Below, one piece after another: positions 24,701 to 37,755 of a stretch of 47,488 nt of DNA. Origin of the DNA: Octopus sinensis (Eukaryota); the NCBI RefSeq assembly GCF_006345805.1, contig NW_021834434.1, positions 1 to 47,488 on the forward strand, given 5' to 3'. Both the position numbers and the translations under genes were made by a program. Positions within the stretch are counted from its first letter, which is position 1. The number at the start of each line of letters is the position of its first letter. Below the pieces are notes generated by a model. The model was not told where the DNA came from and ran no database searches. It saw nothing but the letters and a program-made list of their open reading frames with translations.

Positions 24701-25058
24701 ATTACTCTTTTACTCTTTTACTTATTTCAGCCAATTGACTGCGGCCATGCTGGAGCACCGCCTTTAGTCGAGCAAATCGACCCCAGGACTTATTCTTTGT
24801 AAGCCTAGTACTTATTCTATCGGTCTCTTTTGCCGAACCGCTAATGTTACGGGGACGTAAACACACCAGCATCGGTTGTCAAGCGCTGATGAGGAGACAA
24901 ACAAACACAAATATATATACATATATACGACAAACACACATATATATATACATATATACGACGGGCTTCTTTCAGTTTCCGTCTACCAAATCCACTCACA
25001 AGGCTTTGGTCGGCCCGTGGCCATATGGTTAATAAGCAATCTTCTTACCACACAGCCA
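24701..25058 (-). mobile_element. SINE family A, near-full copy
   Basis: Head rc at 25040-25058 (CACACAGCCACTCCTGCGCC), internal (TA)/(CA) run, tail rc CTCTTTTACTCTTTTAC. Confidence 0.9.
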
Positions 25059-26201
25059 CTCCTGCGCCTATCAAATTGTCGCAAAATCATAATGTATATC
25101 TCAAAAGCTAGCTTTGAGTGAAAACTGGTTTTGTATCTGAAATCAGCACCCCAAAATTAGGCTAGAACAACTATTTTTATGTTTGCCTCAGTTTCTCTGA
25201 AAACCAGTATAACCAAGTATGTTCAAGCCACAACTATCCCGTTCTTTTTTCTTTTTTAAGTAAATCTAAAACCATGTCTGATTTGGCCTTCTCTTTTAAG
25301 ATGGTAACAGCGTAAGTTGAGAGAATCTGGTGGTTATTTCTAGCAAGCTGCGTGACTGATTATTTTTCACGCGTTAACAGCTTTTCATTCAAACTAACTA
25401 AAATTGTCTTTTACAACTGGTACATATATTTTATCATCACTTTCAGCTAAGAAAATAATTGCATACACTTATATATACATTTGTATATATTCAATGTTGG
25501 TGTTACGACACGTCATAGTTTTTGGAGAAAGAAAACTCCATTAAGATTGGAGTTCACTTCTACAATGACTAAATACCAATCATGACAAGTATGTATGGAA
25601 ATATATTTTTACCAGTGTTATTAATAACAGATTACGAAACATTTGTAATAAAGTGATAGTTAAACAATATTATTGTTATTGATAATGTATATCCATTGCA
25701 AATGTACAAATGAGAAATTAATTTAATTTAACTTTAATGAAATAAATATTTAAAAAATATTTGTATTCATTTTATTATTTCGTATAAGCACCACGAAATT
25801 TAAATAAAGGAAGATTATAAATATTCTACTTTTGTAACATTATAGTATTAATATATTCCACCTGCGCGTATAATTTGTGCTCCTGCCTAGAGAATTGTTT
25901 ATTTATGGCTAGAAAGCTCCAGGGAGAACTGAATATATTACCTTGCTACAACGACGGGATACATATAATAAACCTTTCAACAGGTAACCAGATACTCTGT
26001 CAATTCGACTATCGCTGAACCAGAGAGCCAGGAGTTCGTTTCCATGTTACTCATTGTAATATGTATATTCATTTAATTTACTCGAAATATCAAATTTCTT
26101 GAGCTTAAACATTATAATGGCTTTACTCAACGGCAATAAAAGACATCTGCTGCAATAGGAAACCATCTAAATGCAATTTTCTATTGTGCACACATTGGTG
26201 A

Positions 26202-26330
<129 letters not shown>

Positions 26331-26624
26331 CAGAGTTACATACATATATTCATATACATATACATGAGTTCTATGAATATGTATGTATGCATATATATGC
26401 TGGAATGTATACGCATTTAAATAGACGTACGCACACATATGTGTATATATGTGTATGTGTGGCTGTATGGTGAGTGTGTGTAATTGTGTGTTTGTGCGCG
26501 TTTGGATGTGTGTGATTGGGTGCGTGATCTTGCAGTATTTCCTTTTTGTTATATAAAAAAACCTTTAAAATTTATTAATGCAGAACATATTTGCTAAACT
26601 TTTGAACTGATGGTTAGTTCTTAG

Positions 26625-27057
26625 TTTATTCCGCCAAGGTCGACTTTGTTTTTCATCCTTTCAGCGTCGATAAAATAAGCCCCAGGGGAGCACCGGGGTC
26701 GATTATCCCCAACTCACTAATGTCGCCGACCATGGGCCAATATTTGAAACCACTTTTTTTTATTTGTTTGTTTCAGTCACTTGACTGCGGCCGTGCTGGA
26801 GCACCACCTTTAGTCGGGCAAATAGACGCATGTATGTATGTATGTATGTATGTATGTATGTATGTATGTATGTATGTATGTATGTATATTCTTTTATTCT
26901 TTTACTTATTTCAGTCATGTCATTTGAATGCGGCCATCCTGGAGTCGAACAAATTGACACCATAACTTATTCCTTGTAAGCCTTGTATTTTTAGGGGATG
27001 TAAACCCACTAACATCGATTGCCAAGTGATAGTGGGGGGATCAAAAACAGACACAAA

Positions 27058-27145
<88 letters not shown>

Positions 27146-27455
27146 ACGAGTTTCTATCAGTTTCCGTCTACCAAATCCACTCACAAGGTTTTGGTCAGAC
27201 CGAAACTATAGTAGGAGATATTTGCCCTAGGTGCCACGCAGTGGGACTGAACCCCAAATCATGTGATTAGGAAGTAAACTTCTTACTACTCTATATGTAC
27301 GATGAGTTTCTTTCAATTTCCGTCTACCAAATCCACTCACAAGGCTTTGGTCGGCCGGAGGCTATAGTAGAAGACACTAGCCCAAGGTGTCACGCAGTGG
27401 AACTGAACCCAGAACCATGTGCTTGGGAAGCATGCTTCTTACCACACAGCTGCGT
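26625..27455. mobile_element. SINE cluster: a B fragment (+, about 26625-26720) and several A pieces (-, about 26750-27455)
   Basis: Two A tails separated by (GTAT)n; two A heads at about 27150-27290 and 27305-27455. Confidence 0.8.
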
Positions 27456-27587
27456 ATATATGTAATGTATGCATATTGTTACGTATAGATATATAAATGT
27501 GCATACCGTTGTCTGCGTATGTGTACACAATATGCATGCGTATGTCATATGCATGCGCATGATTTTAAGCACACGTATTTGTATTTA

Positions 27588-28858
27588 TCTGGCTGTCTAC
27601 GCTGCCAAATGCTTTTTCAAAATCGACGAAGCACAAATAGAGTAACGTTTGCCATTAAATTGTCTGCTCCACGATGACTCTGAGCATCGCAATCTGGTCC
27701 GTGCATGATCTCTCCTTTCTGAAACCTGCCTGCTCATCTTTGAGCTGCTTGTCAATGGTATCTTTAAATTGCTCCAGGATGATTCTTGTAAATACTTTGC
27801 TTGGAATGGAAAGCAAGGTAACTCCTCTCCACTTTTCACATTCTGATAAATCCCCACTCTTCGGCAGCTTCAACAAAAGACCCTTCTTCCAGTCGGTTGG
27901 GATTTTCTCTGTTGTCCATACCAAGTTCAGCGCATGGTGCATGTAATCGATCATCTCTTCTCCTGCCTTCAGTGCCTCTGCTGGTATGCTGTCCATTCCT
28001 GCCGCCTTTCCATTCTTAAAGCGCTTCACGGATTTGCGGATTTCTGGCTTGGTGAGCAGGATCCATAGCCCCAATTCTGGCGGCTCTTGAGGTGGAGGGC
28101 GGTTAAGAGTTTCTTGGAAGTGTTCCCTCCATCTCGCCTGTTGGCCCTCAATGGAAGTTAGCAACCGTCCGGCCTTGTCCTTTACTAGTCTGACGGGGTT
28201 GCCTCTCCTTCCACTCAGCAACCTTCAAGTCTCCTTTCCTCGCTGCTGTTTCCGCTTCGTCGGCCACTTCATTGAAGTATGTTCTGTCTCTCCTTAGTTT
28301 CTTCTTGACTTCTCTCACCACCTCACTTTATTTACTGGCGACGGCCTGCTTCTGCCGATGGGTTCTGGCTTGGTTCAACTCCTTCTTCAGCATCTTCCTC
28401 TCCTCCACCCTCTGCCAAGTCTCGTCACTTATCCAAGGCTTCCTGTTCACTGGTCGTCTTCCCAGAACCTCTTTGCCCGCTCCAACTGTAGCCTCTTTCA
28501 GGTTTGTCCAGGATTGTTCCACGGGTGCCTCTGCCTCCTCCGTCTGTAGGGCTTCCAATCGATTGTGGAGAACCAACCGACATGCAGACAATCTGGGACA
28601 TCTTACGACACTATGGTGTGCCAGAGAAGATCGTGAGCATTATTCGATTACTCTACGAGGGGTTTTCTTGCCAGGTCATCCATGCTGGGAGATTGTCGGA
28701 GGAATTCAGAGTCAGCACGGGAGTCAAACAGGGCTGTTTGTTGTCACCGCTCCTGTTCCTCGTCGTGCTGGACTGGGTCGCCAGGAAGGCCTACGCTACC
28801 TCCGGGAAAGGTATTCAGTGGACACTGATGAACCAGCCGGAGGACCTGGATTACGCAT
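27588..28858. mobile_element. RTE-clade LINE ORF fragment with internal inversion (27588-28579 minus, 28579-28858 plus)
   Basis: Minus: NRLEAL...WREHFQETLN, KAAGMDSIPAE, WRGVTLLSIPSKVF, GFRKERSCTDQI, FVDFEKAFGSVDSQ. Plus: QTIWDILRHYGVPEK, TGVKQGCLLSPLLF, EDLDYA. Confidence 0.92.
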
Positions 28859-28860
28859 TA

Positions 28861-29578
28861 CGTTATTATTTTTTCTTTTTACCTGCGTGAATTGTTGAGT
28901 ATTGCTGTCTGTGAGTAGAATAGTATTTTAACTGCTATTTCTAAATTTCGGTATGTGGTGAAGCAAATTCTGCTGAACCCTAATTATAATTATGCTCATA
29001 ATTATAGAATTTATGTATAAGTTTACCGATAATGGTTCTTTTAAAATACCGAACTACTTGGTAAAATTATTAATTATTAACTGATTAATTAATTTTACCC
29101 TTTATTATTGTTGATAATATAATTCTCTCCCTGATAGTAAACTGCAATTTCTGCAGAATTTACTGGTTGCCACACGTGGGTGATTGAGGAGGAATGCGAG
29201 ATCTCATTCGTCTGTTTGAATTCGGAAGAACTGGTCTTCGGATATATGCTGTTTGATGGTGCTTGGTCGAATACGTATGTTAATTATCAGTGCTCTCAAA
29301 TTTAAAATTTGAAACACTGTACTGACGAGGGGAATGAGTGAGTGGAAGTATGATTTTACATTTTTTACATCTCTCTAACCCCGAAACGCGTATGCAGTTA
29401 ATCGTAGCCGGGCGGATTCGTTATTTTTTCTATTTTCCTGCGTGAGTTGTTGAGCATTGCTGTCTAGGAAATATCTTATGGTAGTAGAATAGTATTTTAA
29501 CTGCTATTTCTAAATTTCGGTATGTGGTGAAGCAAATTTTGTTGAATCCTAATTATAATTATGCTCATAATTATAGAA
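28861..29578 (+). mobile_element. Partial tandem repeat (period about 560 bp) carrying a hammerhead ribozyme; Penelope pseudo-LTR or retrozyme-like
   Basis: 28861-29009 is repeated at 29419-29578 with high identity; the hammerhead lies just upstream of the second copy. Confidence 0.7.
29316..29398 (+). ncRNA. Type I hammerhead ribozyme motif with canonical core (family H3)
   Basis: ACUGUA-CUGACGA-GGGG(46-nt loop)CCCC-GAAAC-GC-GUA-UGCAGU: 6-bp stem I, complete core, palindromic ACGCGU stem III; predicted cleavage after 29392. Confidence 0.8.
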
Positions 29579-29585
29579 CACACCA

Positions 29586-29634
<49 letters not shown>

Positions 29635-29635
29635 T

Positions 29636-29762
29636 GGGGAGCTGGCAGAATGTTTAGCATGCGATGTGAAATGCTTAGCAGCGTTTTGTCTCGTCCGTGC
29701 TTACGTTTTGAGTTCAAATTCCATTGGAATTGCTGGCCTTGTGCCAAAATTTGAAACCAATA
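29636..29762 (+). mobile_element. SINE family B copy (internally deleted)
   Basis: GAGCTGGCAGAATGTTTAGCATGCG...GAGTTCAAATTCC...GTGCCAAAATTTGAAACCAA. Confidence 0.8.
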
Positions 29763-29949
29763 TGTGTGTGTGCATATATGTATGTATTAATAGAATATTA
29801 TATATAAATATATATATGAGCTTCCTGATGATTTCTCTTGAATGAAACAGTTCTAGTCCTGTAGAAGCTCCTTCTATATAATAAATTAATTTTACTATGC
29901 TATGTAGTGAGTACCTTATTTACTGTGGTAACCCCGACTCAACCCGGGA

Positions 29950-29951
29950 CC

Positions 29952-29998
<47 letters not shown>

Positions 29999-30638
29999 AT
30001 ATATATATATATATATGTATATATATGTATATATATCTATATATATATATATATTATATTATATAGTATATATATGTATATATATGTATATATAGATATG
30101 TATATATATATAATATGTATTATAGTATATTATAATATATATATATATGTATATATATGTATATATATATTATATATATGTATATATATTATATATATAT
30201 ATATATGTATATATATGTTCTATATATTATATTGTATATATTATGTATATATATATATATATGTATATATATGTATATATTATATATTATGTATATATAT
30301 GTATATATATCATATATATGTATATATGTATATATATATATATGTTATATATATGGTATTATATATATTATATATATAGATATTATATATATATATACAT
30401 GCGCAAACACTCATACATAAGTATGTGTTGTGTGTTTATGGGGTTCATATATAATCATATATGCACACATAATGCGCACACATATGTTTGTGCATGTGCG
30501 TGTTGTTGTGTTTGTGCATGTGTGATTGTGTATGTGTGTGTGGCTGGGTGCCTATAGTCACTTTCATAATTGTCTATATGCTGATATTTCATAAAATACG
30601 TATGCTCCCACGCACACATATATATGTATATATATATA

Positions 30639-30687
<49 letters not shown>

Positions 30688-31240
30688 TCTCTATATTTTA
30701 CCGTGACTACAATCGGGTGGTAGCAATCGTTGGAAGAATTTAAAATCTTGGCATCTATATATGTATGTTGCTATCATAATCATGGAAAATGTCTGCCCAT
30801 GTAAATTGCTCATTTATACATACATATGTATATCCATGTCCATGTAAATTATTGATGCCTAGCAACACACACATACCCAATCATGCATACATCAGCATAC
30901 ACACACAAGGCACACACACACACACACACACATATATACACACACACACACATACACACACACACACGCACACAAACATACAGACATAATATGTAAGAGA
31001 AATCTATACATACATAAAATTCGTACATATAGGCACACGCATGTATGCATATATACTTGTAGTAATATGTATACAGACATGTACACACACACATCCGCGT
31101 AACTATATACACATTCTCGTGTATGAAATCATATATATATTATATATATATATATGCGCGTGTGTGTGTGTATACGTACTCACATCCATATATGTATACA
31201 TATATACACATATGCATACACAGATATACAGCGATACACG

Positions 31241-31282
<42 letters not shown>

Positions 31283-31772
31283 AGATAGATAGATAGGGGA
31301 TAACTACAGTTATATACATATATGTTTGTGTGTGCATTCTGGTGGTAAGAAATACGTTAAAATGTGTATACATGTCTTCACACGTACACTTGTGTATATG
31401 AATATGTAATTCTACCAAGATAATGATATTGACCGACCATAATACAATTTTTATATTGGCAATCATAAAAAATGCATGTCACTCAATTAAAAGTCATCTC
31501 CATCTTGTCAATGGCGTATTTTTCAATTTTAACTCCGACTGAAGCTCTTGAATTAAAAGTAATGTTTTTGTCTATTAATATAATGTCACACACATCCATG
31601 TAGGCACATCCATGCATAGACATTAATATCCTATTAATATATAATGGTCCGTCACAAACATATATAATCGTCGGTGTGTGTGTGTATGTGAGTGTGTGTG
31701 TGTGTGAGTGCGCGTGTGTTTGCTTATGGTGTATATATATGTGTGTATGTATACACACACACACACACACAG

Positions 31773-31829
<57 letters not shown>

Positions 31830-31917
31830 CATACACATACGCAGAAAAAGACAAAAATGAAAAGAGATAAATAGGATAAATACACATAACTACTTGCATA
31901 TTTGTAGATATATACAT

Positions 31918-31964
<47 letters not shown>

Positions 31965-32038
31965 CTATATTATATATATATATATGTATGAGTATGTGTA
32001 TATATATTCATATACGTAGAATTGGGTGTGTATATATT

Positions 32039-32070
<32 letters not shown>

Positions 32071-32199
32071 TGCATATATATAGTCATGTAATAAATGTGT
32101 CTACATACTAGACATATGTAAGTATATATGTATATATGTATGCGTGTATGTGTGTCTGTATATATATCTATATATTCATATATATGCATGTATATGTAT

Positions 32200-32239
<40 letters not shown>

Positions 32240-33085
32240 ATAGATAGATAGATAGATACAACATATATATATATATATGTATGTACAAATAAACATATAT
32301 ACATGCTGACACACTCAAGCACATGTAGAAATATGTATATATGCACGTAAATGTATGTAATTGAATATATATGTATTTATCTATATATGTATATGAATAT
32401 GTATCTGTATACTTATATATATATATAGATGTATGTATGTATTATGTATATGTGTATGAAGTCGCGCACGCGCCCGTAAAATACACATATAACAGGTTGC
32501 AATATAATTATTGTGAATATGAAGTATATTAGAAAATAAATATAACAAAAAAACAGCAACGACCAATTTACAATGAGCCACAGACACAGAAACAAAAAGT
32601 AAGAAAGAAATCAATCAGAAGCCAATATACTCCAGTACAGAAGTTTTGAATTAAAATTGAACGATTATACAGACAGAAACACACAACCACACACACATAT
32701 AGTATATACATACATATATATAATATATATATATATATATTATATATTATATATATAGGATATATATGATCTATATACATACATATAAATATAATATATA
32801 TATATATATACATACATATAAATATATATTTATATATATACATACATATAAATATATATATATATATATATACATACATATAAAGATATATATTATATAT
32901 ATACATACATATAAATATATATATATACTATATATACATATATATATGTATGTATATATATATATATATATATACGTTATATATATATAGATTATATATA
33001 TAATATATATATATACACGTATATATATCTATAATATATATATATATATATATACGTATATATATATGTGTATGTATATATAGTA
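29950..33085. repeat. Extended low-complexity (TA)/(CA)/(TG)/(TAGA) region
   Basis: Degenerate (TA)n at 29950-30400 and 32690-33080; the other simple repeats are interspersed with short unique spacers. Confidence 0.9.
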
Positions 33086-33329
33086 TGCATGTGTTGTATA
33101 TACGTCTCTGTTCGATTTTGTACCACTCGTCAGTATTTTTGACGTGGTTTGCTGTTATGTTTTCCCCCTTGTTTTTGTTTCCATTGTACAGATGTACAGA
33201 TCGTGTTGGTGGTTGATAAGGTGTTAAGTAGATAGTACCGTCCACCCTATTATATTATATCGTTTTACTATATGCAAAACATTTAATTCATTTGACATGA
33301 TCATCGTCATTGACAAAGGATACTCGTTT

Positions 33330-33334
33330 TAGTT

Positions 33335-33368
<34 letters not shown>

Positions 33369-33551
33369 GGTGGTGGTGGAGGTGGTAGTAGTAGTAGTAG
33401 TTGTAGTAGTAGTAGTAGTAGTAGTTGTAGTAGTAGAAGAAACGGCAGCATTGTTGGTGGTACATGTCTTCGTTTTCTTTTGTTTTCTTCTCTTCCTCTT
33501 TTTTCTTCTTCAACTGACGATGCCAATTTAATTTTTTTATGTCATATTGGT

Positions 33552-33593
<42 letters not shown>

Positions 33594-33639
33594 TTTAATC
33601 ATCCTCATCAGCATTCTCATCCTCCTCATCCTCATATCT

Positions 33640-33701
<62 letters not shown>

Positions 33702-33720
33702 CATCACCGCCGTCATCGTT
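33330..33720. repeat. (TAG)/(GTG)n and (CAT)n trinucleotide repeats
   Basis: Direct inspection; source of the poly-V and poly-H ORFs. Confidence 0.95.
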
Positions 33721-33914
33721 GCCATCGTCATCTTTCGATGCTGATTAGTTTAGACGTATCTAAAGATTTGCTGCCAGTCTTCGAGAATATTTTCAAGTGT
33801 AAATGAAGGAATTAGTTTTCATTTTCTTTGTTTTAATTTTTCTTACACGGGGACTTCTACTAAACATTTTCTAAGTCTACTCTGTACCAGGGTAGACTTT
33901 CTCTCTTCCTTTCT

Positions 33915-34065
33915 GTTATTATTATTATTATTATTATTATATTATTATTTATTATTATACTCTTTACTTATTTTACTATTACTATCTACTTTTTTATTAT
34001 TATTATTATTACCCTTAAAATTTCTATTTCCTTATTATTTTATTTCTATTATATTATACTATTAC

Positions 34066-34097
<32 letters not shown>

Positions 34098-34858
34098 ATA
34101 TTACTATTAATTACTATTATTATTATTATTATTATATTACTATTATTATTATTATTATTACTATTACTATTACTATTATTATTATTATTATATTACTATT
34201 ACTATTATTATTATTATTATTACTATTACTATATTATTAATTATTATTATTATTACTATTACTATTACTATTCTATTATTATTATTATTATATACTTTTA
34301 TTATTTTATTTATTTACTTTTATTTATACTATACTATTACTATTATTATTATTATTATATTACTATATTTTTTATTCTATTACCCTTTACATTATTATAT
34401 ATTATTCTTATTTATTAGAGTTTACTATTACTATTATTATTATGATTATTATTATTATTACATTACTATATTATTATTATTATTATACATTATTTTATTA
34501 TTATTATTATTATTACTATTACTATTACTATTACTATTATTATTTTATATATTTTATTATATTACTATTACTATTATTAATTATTATTATTATTATTATT
34601 ACTTATTACTATTACTATTATTATACTATTTTTATTATTATTACTTATTACTATTACTATTATTTTATTATTACTATTACTATTACTATTATTATTTTAT
34701 TATTATTATATTACTATTACTATTACTATTATTATTATTATTATTATATTATCCTATTACTATTATTATTATATATATTCTTATTACTATTACTATTTAC
34801 ATTATTATTATTATTATACTATTACTATTATTATTATTATTATTATTATTACTATTAC

Positions 34859-34889
<31 letters not shown>

Positions 34890-34936
34890 CTATTATTATA
34901 TTATTATTATATTTTAACTATTACTATTACTATTAC

Positions 34937-34968
<32 letters not shown>

Positions 34969-35445
34969 TACTATTACTATTACTATTATTATTATTATTA
35001 TTTTATACTATTACTATTATTATTATTATTATTATTATTAATATTATTATTATTATTATTACTATTACTATTACTATTATTATATTATTATTATTACTAT
35101 TACTATTACTATATTATTATTATTATTATTATTATTACTATTATTTTATTATTATTATTACTATTACTATTACTATTATTATTATTATATTACTATTATT
35201 ATATTATTATTACTATTACTATTATTATTATTATTATTAGTTAGTATTATTATTATTATTATTATTATTATACTATTTATATTACTATTACTATTATTAT
35301 TATTATTATACTATTACTATTACTATTATTATTTTATTATTATTATTACTATTACTATTCTATGTTATTATTATTATTACTATTACTATTACTATACTAT
35401 TATATATTATTATTATTACTATTATTATTATATTATTATTATTAC

Positions 35446-35490
<45 letters not shown>

Positions 35491-35510
35491 TTATTCATTA
35501 TTATTATTTT
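33915..35510. repeat. About 1.6-kb degenerate (TAT/TAC)n array
   Basis: Almost G-free on the plus strand over 1.6 kb, with recurring TATTACTATTACTATTAT sub-blocks. Confidence 0.97.
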
Positions 35511-35689
35511 CTTAATAGCTTCAGTTTTCTTTCCCTGTTATACGGAAATGTCCCAATTGAAGTAGTGAACTCATCAAAACAATATCCAAACAGAAAAAAA
35601 TTCCAAAAGTAAACGTTCATTAAATACAAATATAGAAATTTTAGAAAATGGAAAAAATAGAGACATTTCAGCAAAAAATGTCATAGGTC

Positions 35690-35848
35690 CTGGCGTGGCA
35701 GAGTGGTAAGAAGTTTGCTTCCTAATCACATGATTCGGGGTTCAGTCCCACTGCGTGGCACCTAGGGCAAATGTCTCCTACTATAGTTTCGGTCTGACCA
35801 AAACCTTGTGAGTGGATTTGGTAGAGGAAACTGATAGAAACGCGTCTC

Positions 35849-35890
<42 letters not shown>

Positions 35891-36077
35891 ACCTGCCCCC
35901 ATCCCCACCGCTTGACAACTGGTATTAGTGTGTTTACGTCCTCGTTATCTAGCGGTTCGGCAAAAGAGCCCGATAGAATAAACACCAGGCTTAGCAAAAT
36001 CAAGTCCAGGCGTTGATTTCTTCGACTAAGGAGTTGCCCCAGCATGGTAACAGAGTAACGACTGAAACAAGTAAAAT
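35690..36077 (+). mobile_element. SINE family A, full-length copy
   Basis: GGCGTGGCAGAGTGGTAAG (A-box), GGGTTCAGTCCC (B-box), internal (TA)(TG)n, tail ACTGAAACAAGTAAAA. Confidence 0.9.
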
Positions 36078-37335
36078 ATGACTTACAACAATTAGATCGA
36101 CCTCAACAACTACAGCTTTAGCAACAACAAGCCATTCACAGGTACACGTCAAGCGAAACTAAAGCGAATAACTAACAAGGCCTCATCGTTGGCATGTGAT
36201 CTTAAATCTAGAATACCCTTTTTGTCGAAAGGACTAAAGCTTGGCAATATTTCACATATAAGATGGGCTCCAGCCGGCCAGAATCTAAAACATGCAAGAA
36301 GAAGCTTTAGTGTAACTATTTATGTCCTACCATGTCCATGGAACTTTCCTTGTTCTATTGAAAGATCAACTAGAGACAGCTCTCGCAGATATGTTGAATG
36401 AGATTTCATTTAGTAGAAAAAGGAGGGAATATAACAACATAATAATAATCTGCAAAACACAGGGTACAGGGGAAGCACAAACTTAAATAGTACAAGATAT
36501 TTCTGCTTGTAGATTAGTCAAACAATATTTATGAAGAAATACGAGGATCATCTCAAGGTTATCGACGTTAGCGTCGATTCTGATTTGTGGTCACTTCCGG
36601 GGTACAATATAGGCATTTGGTCAGCAACAAAGTCACCATACGCATCCTATGATCAGTGGGAGAGTTCGCGAGTCTACATGATAATCCTATCGTTGTATCC
36701 CGCTAAGCATGCTGAGAAGAAGTAATTATGACTGGGAATCCAGGGCGGGGGGAATGGTTTTCACAACCTTTTGCAAGATTAACTCAAGCCTAATGCCAGA
36801 CGTTTTTGATATGTACGAGAACTTTCCAGACAAGATACTAATCGAATAGAAGATGAGATGGGGTTCTACTAAAGAAGTCCATGTAAATTACAACTCATAC
36901 TACAACTCAACCAACCGAAAGGCGCGGGCCCTTTCTTACCCACTCCTACCAAAGAAACCCTTGTGAAAGATCTTGACCCAACAGCGTTGAAGAATGCAAA
37001 AATAAAACCCAAAAATATCGGAAAGGGGGATGTGTGTATATGGCGTATCCCGGTGAACAAGAGTGCTCTTTAATTTCTATGCATATATTTTGTAACTGTT
37101 TCTTTTTATTATACCCTATTATCTCTTATGTGTAATTATTTATACATTCCCAATATATTTACAATTGTACACGTCTCTCTCCGATAGCTTCGTTTTTATA
37201 CATCTTGTTTGTCCCAGACCACGAATCTTTGTAATTTCCCTATTCAACATTCTTTACACTTTATTATATCTTTCAAATTCTGTGTGGCTAATAAAGAAAC
37301 AGCGATGAAAATCCAGGTAATGGTAGTCGATTTAC

Positions 37336-37755
37336 CTATTTCTTTACTACCCACAAGGAGCTAAACATAGAGAAGACAAACAAAGACAGACAAACGGATT
37401 AAGTCAATTAGATCGACCCCAGTGTGTAACTGGTACTTATTTAATCGACCCCGAAAGGATGAAAAGCAAAGTCGACCTCGGCGGAATTCGAACTCAGAAC
37501 GTAGCGGCAGACGAAATACCTATTTCTTTACTACCCACAAGGGGCTAAACACAGAGAGGACAAACAAGGACAGACAAACGGATTAAGTCGATTACATCGA
37601 CCCCAGTGCGTGACTGGTACTTGTTTAATCGACCCCCGAAAGGATGAAAGGCAAAGTCGACCTCGGCGGAATTTGAACTCAGAACGTAAGGACAGACGAA
37701 ATACCGCAAAGCATTTTGCCCGGCGTGCTAACGTTTCTGCCAGCTTGCCGCCTTC
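37336..37755 (-). mobile_element. SINE family B dimer flanked by one 16-bp TSD
   Basis: ATGGTAGTCGATTTAC (37320-37335) and ATGGTAGTCAATTTAC (37756-37771); internal junction at 37519/37520. Confidence 0.93.

Noticed and set aside
33192-33790. Candidate micro-exons at 33192-33220 and about 33753-33800
   Set aside because: Splice-like sites only, in low-complexity surroundings; expected by chance.
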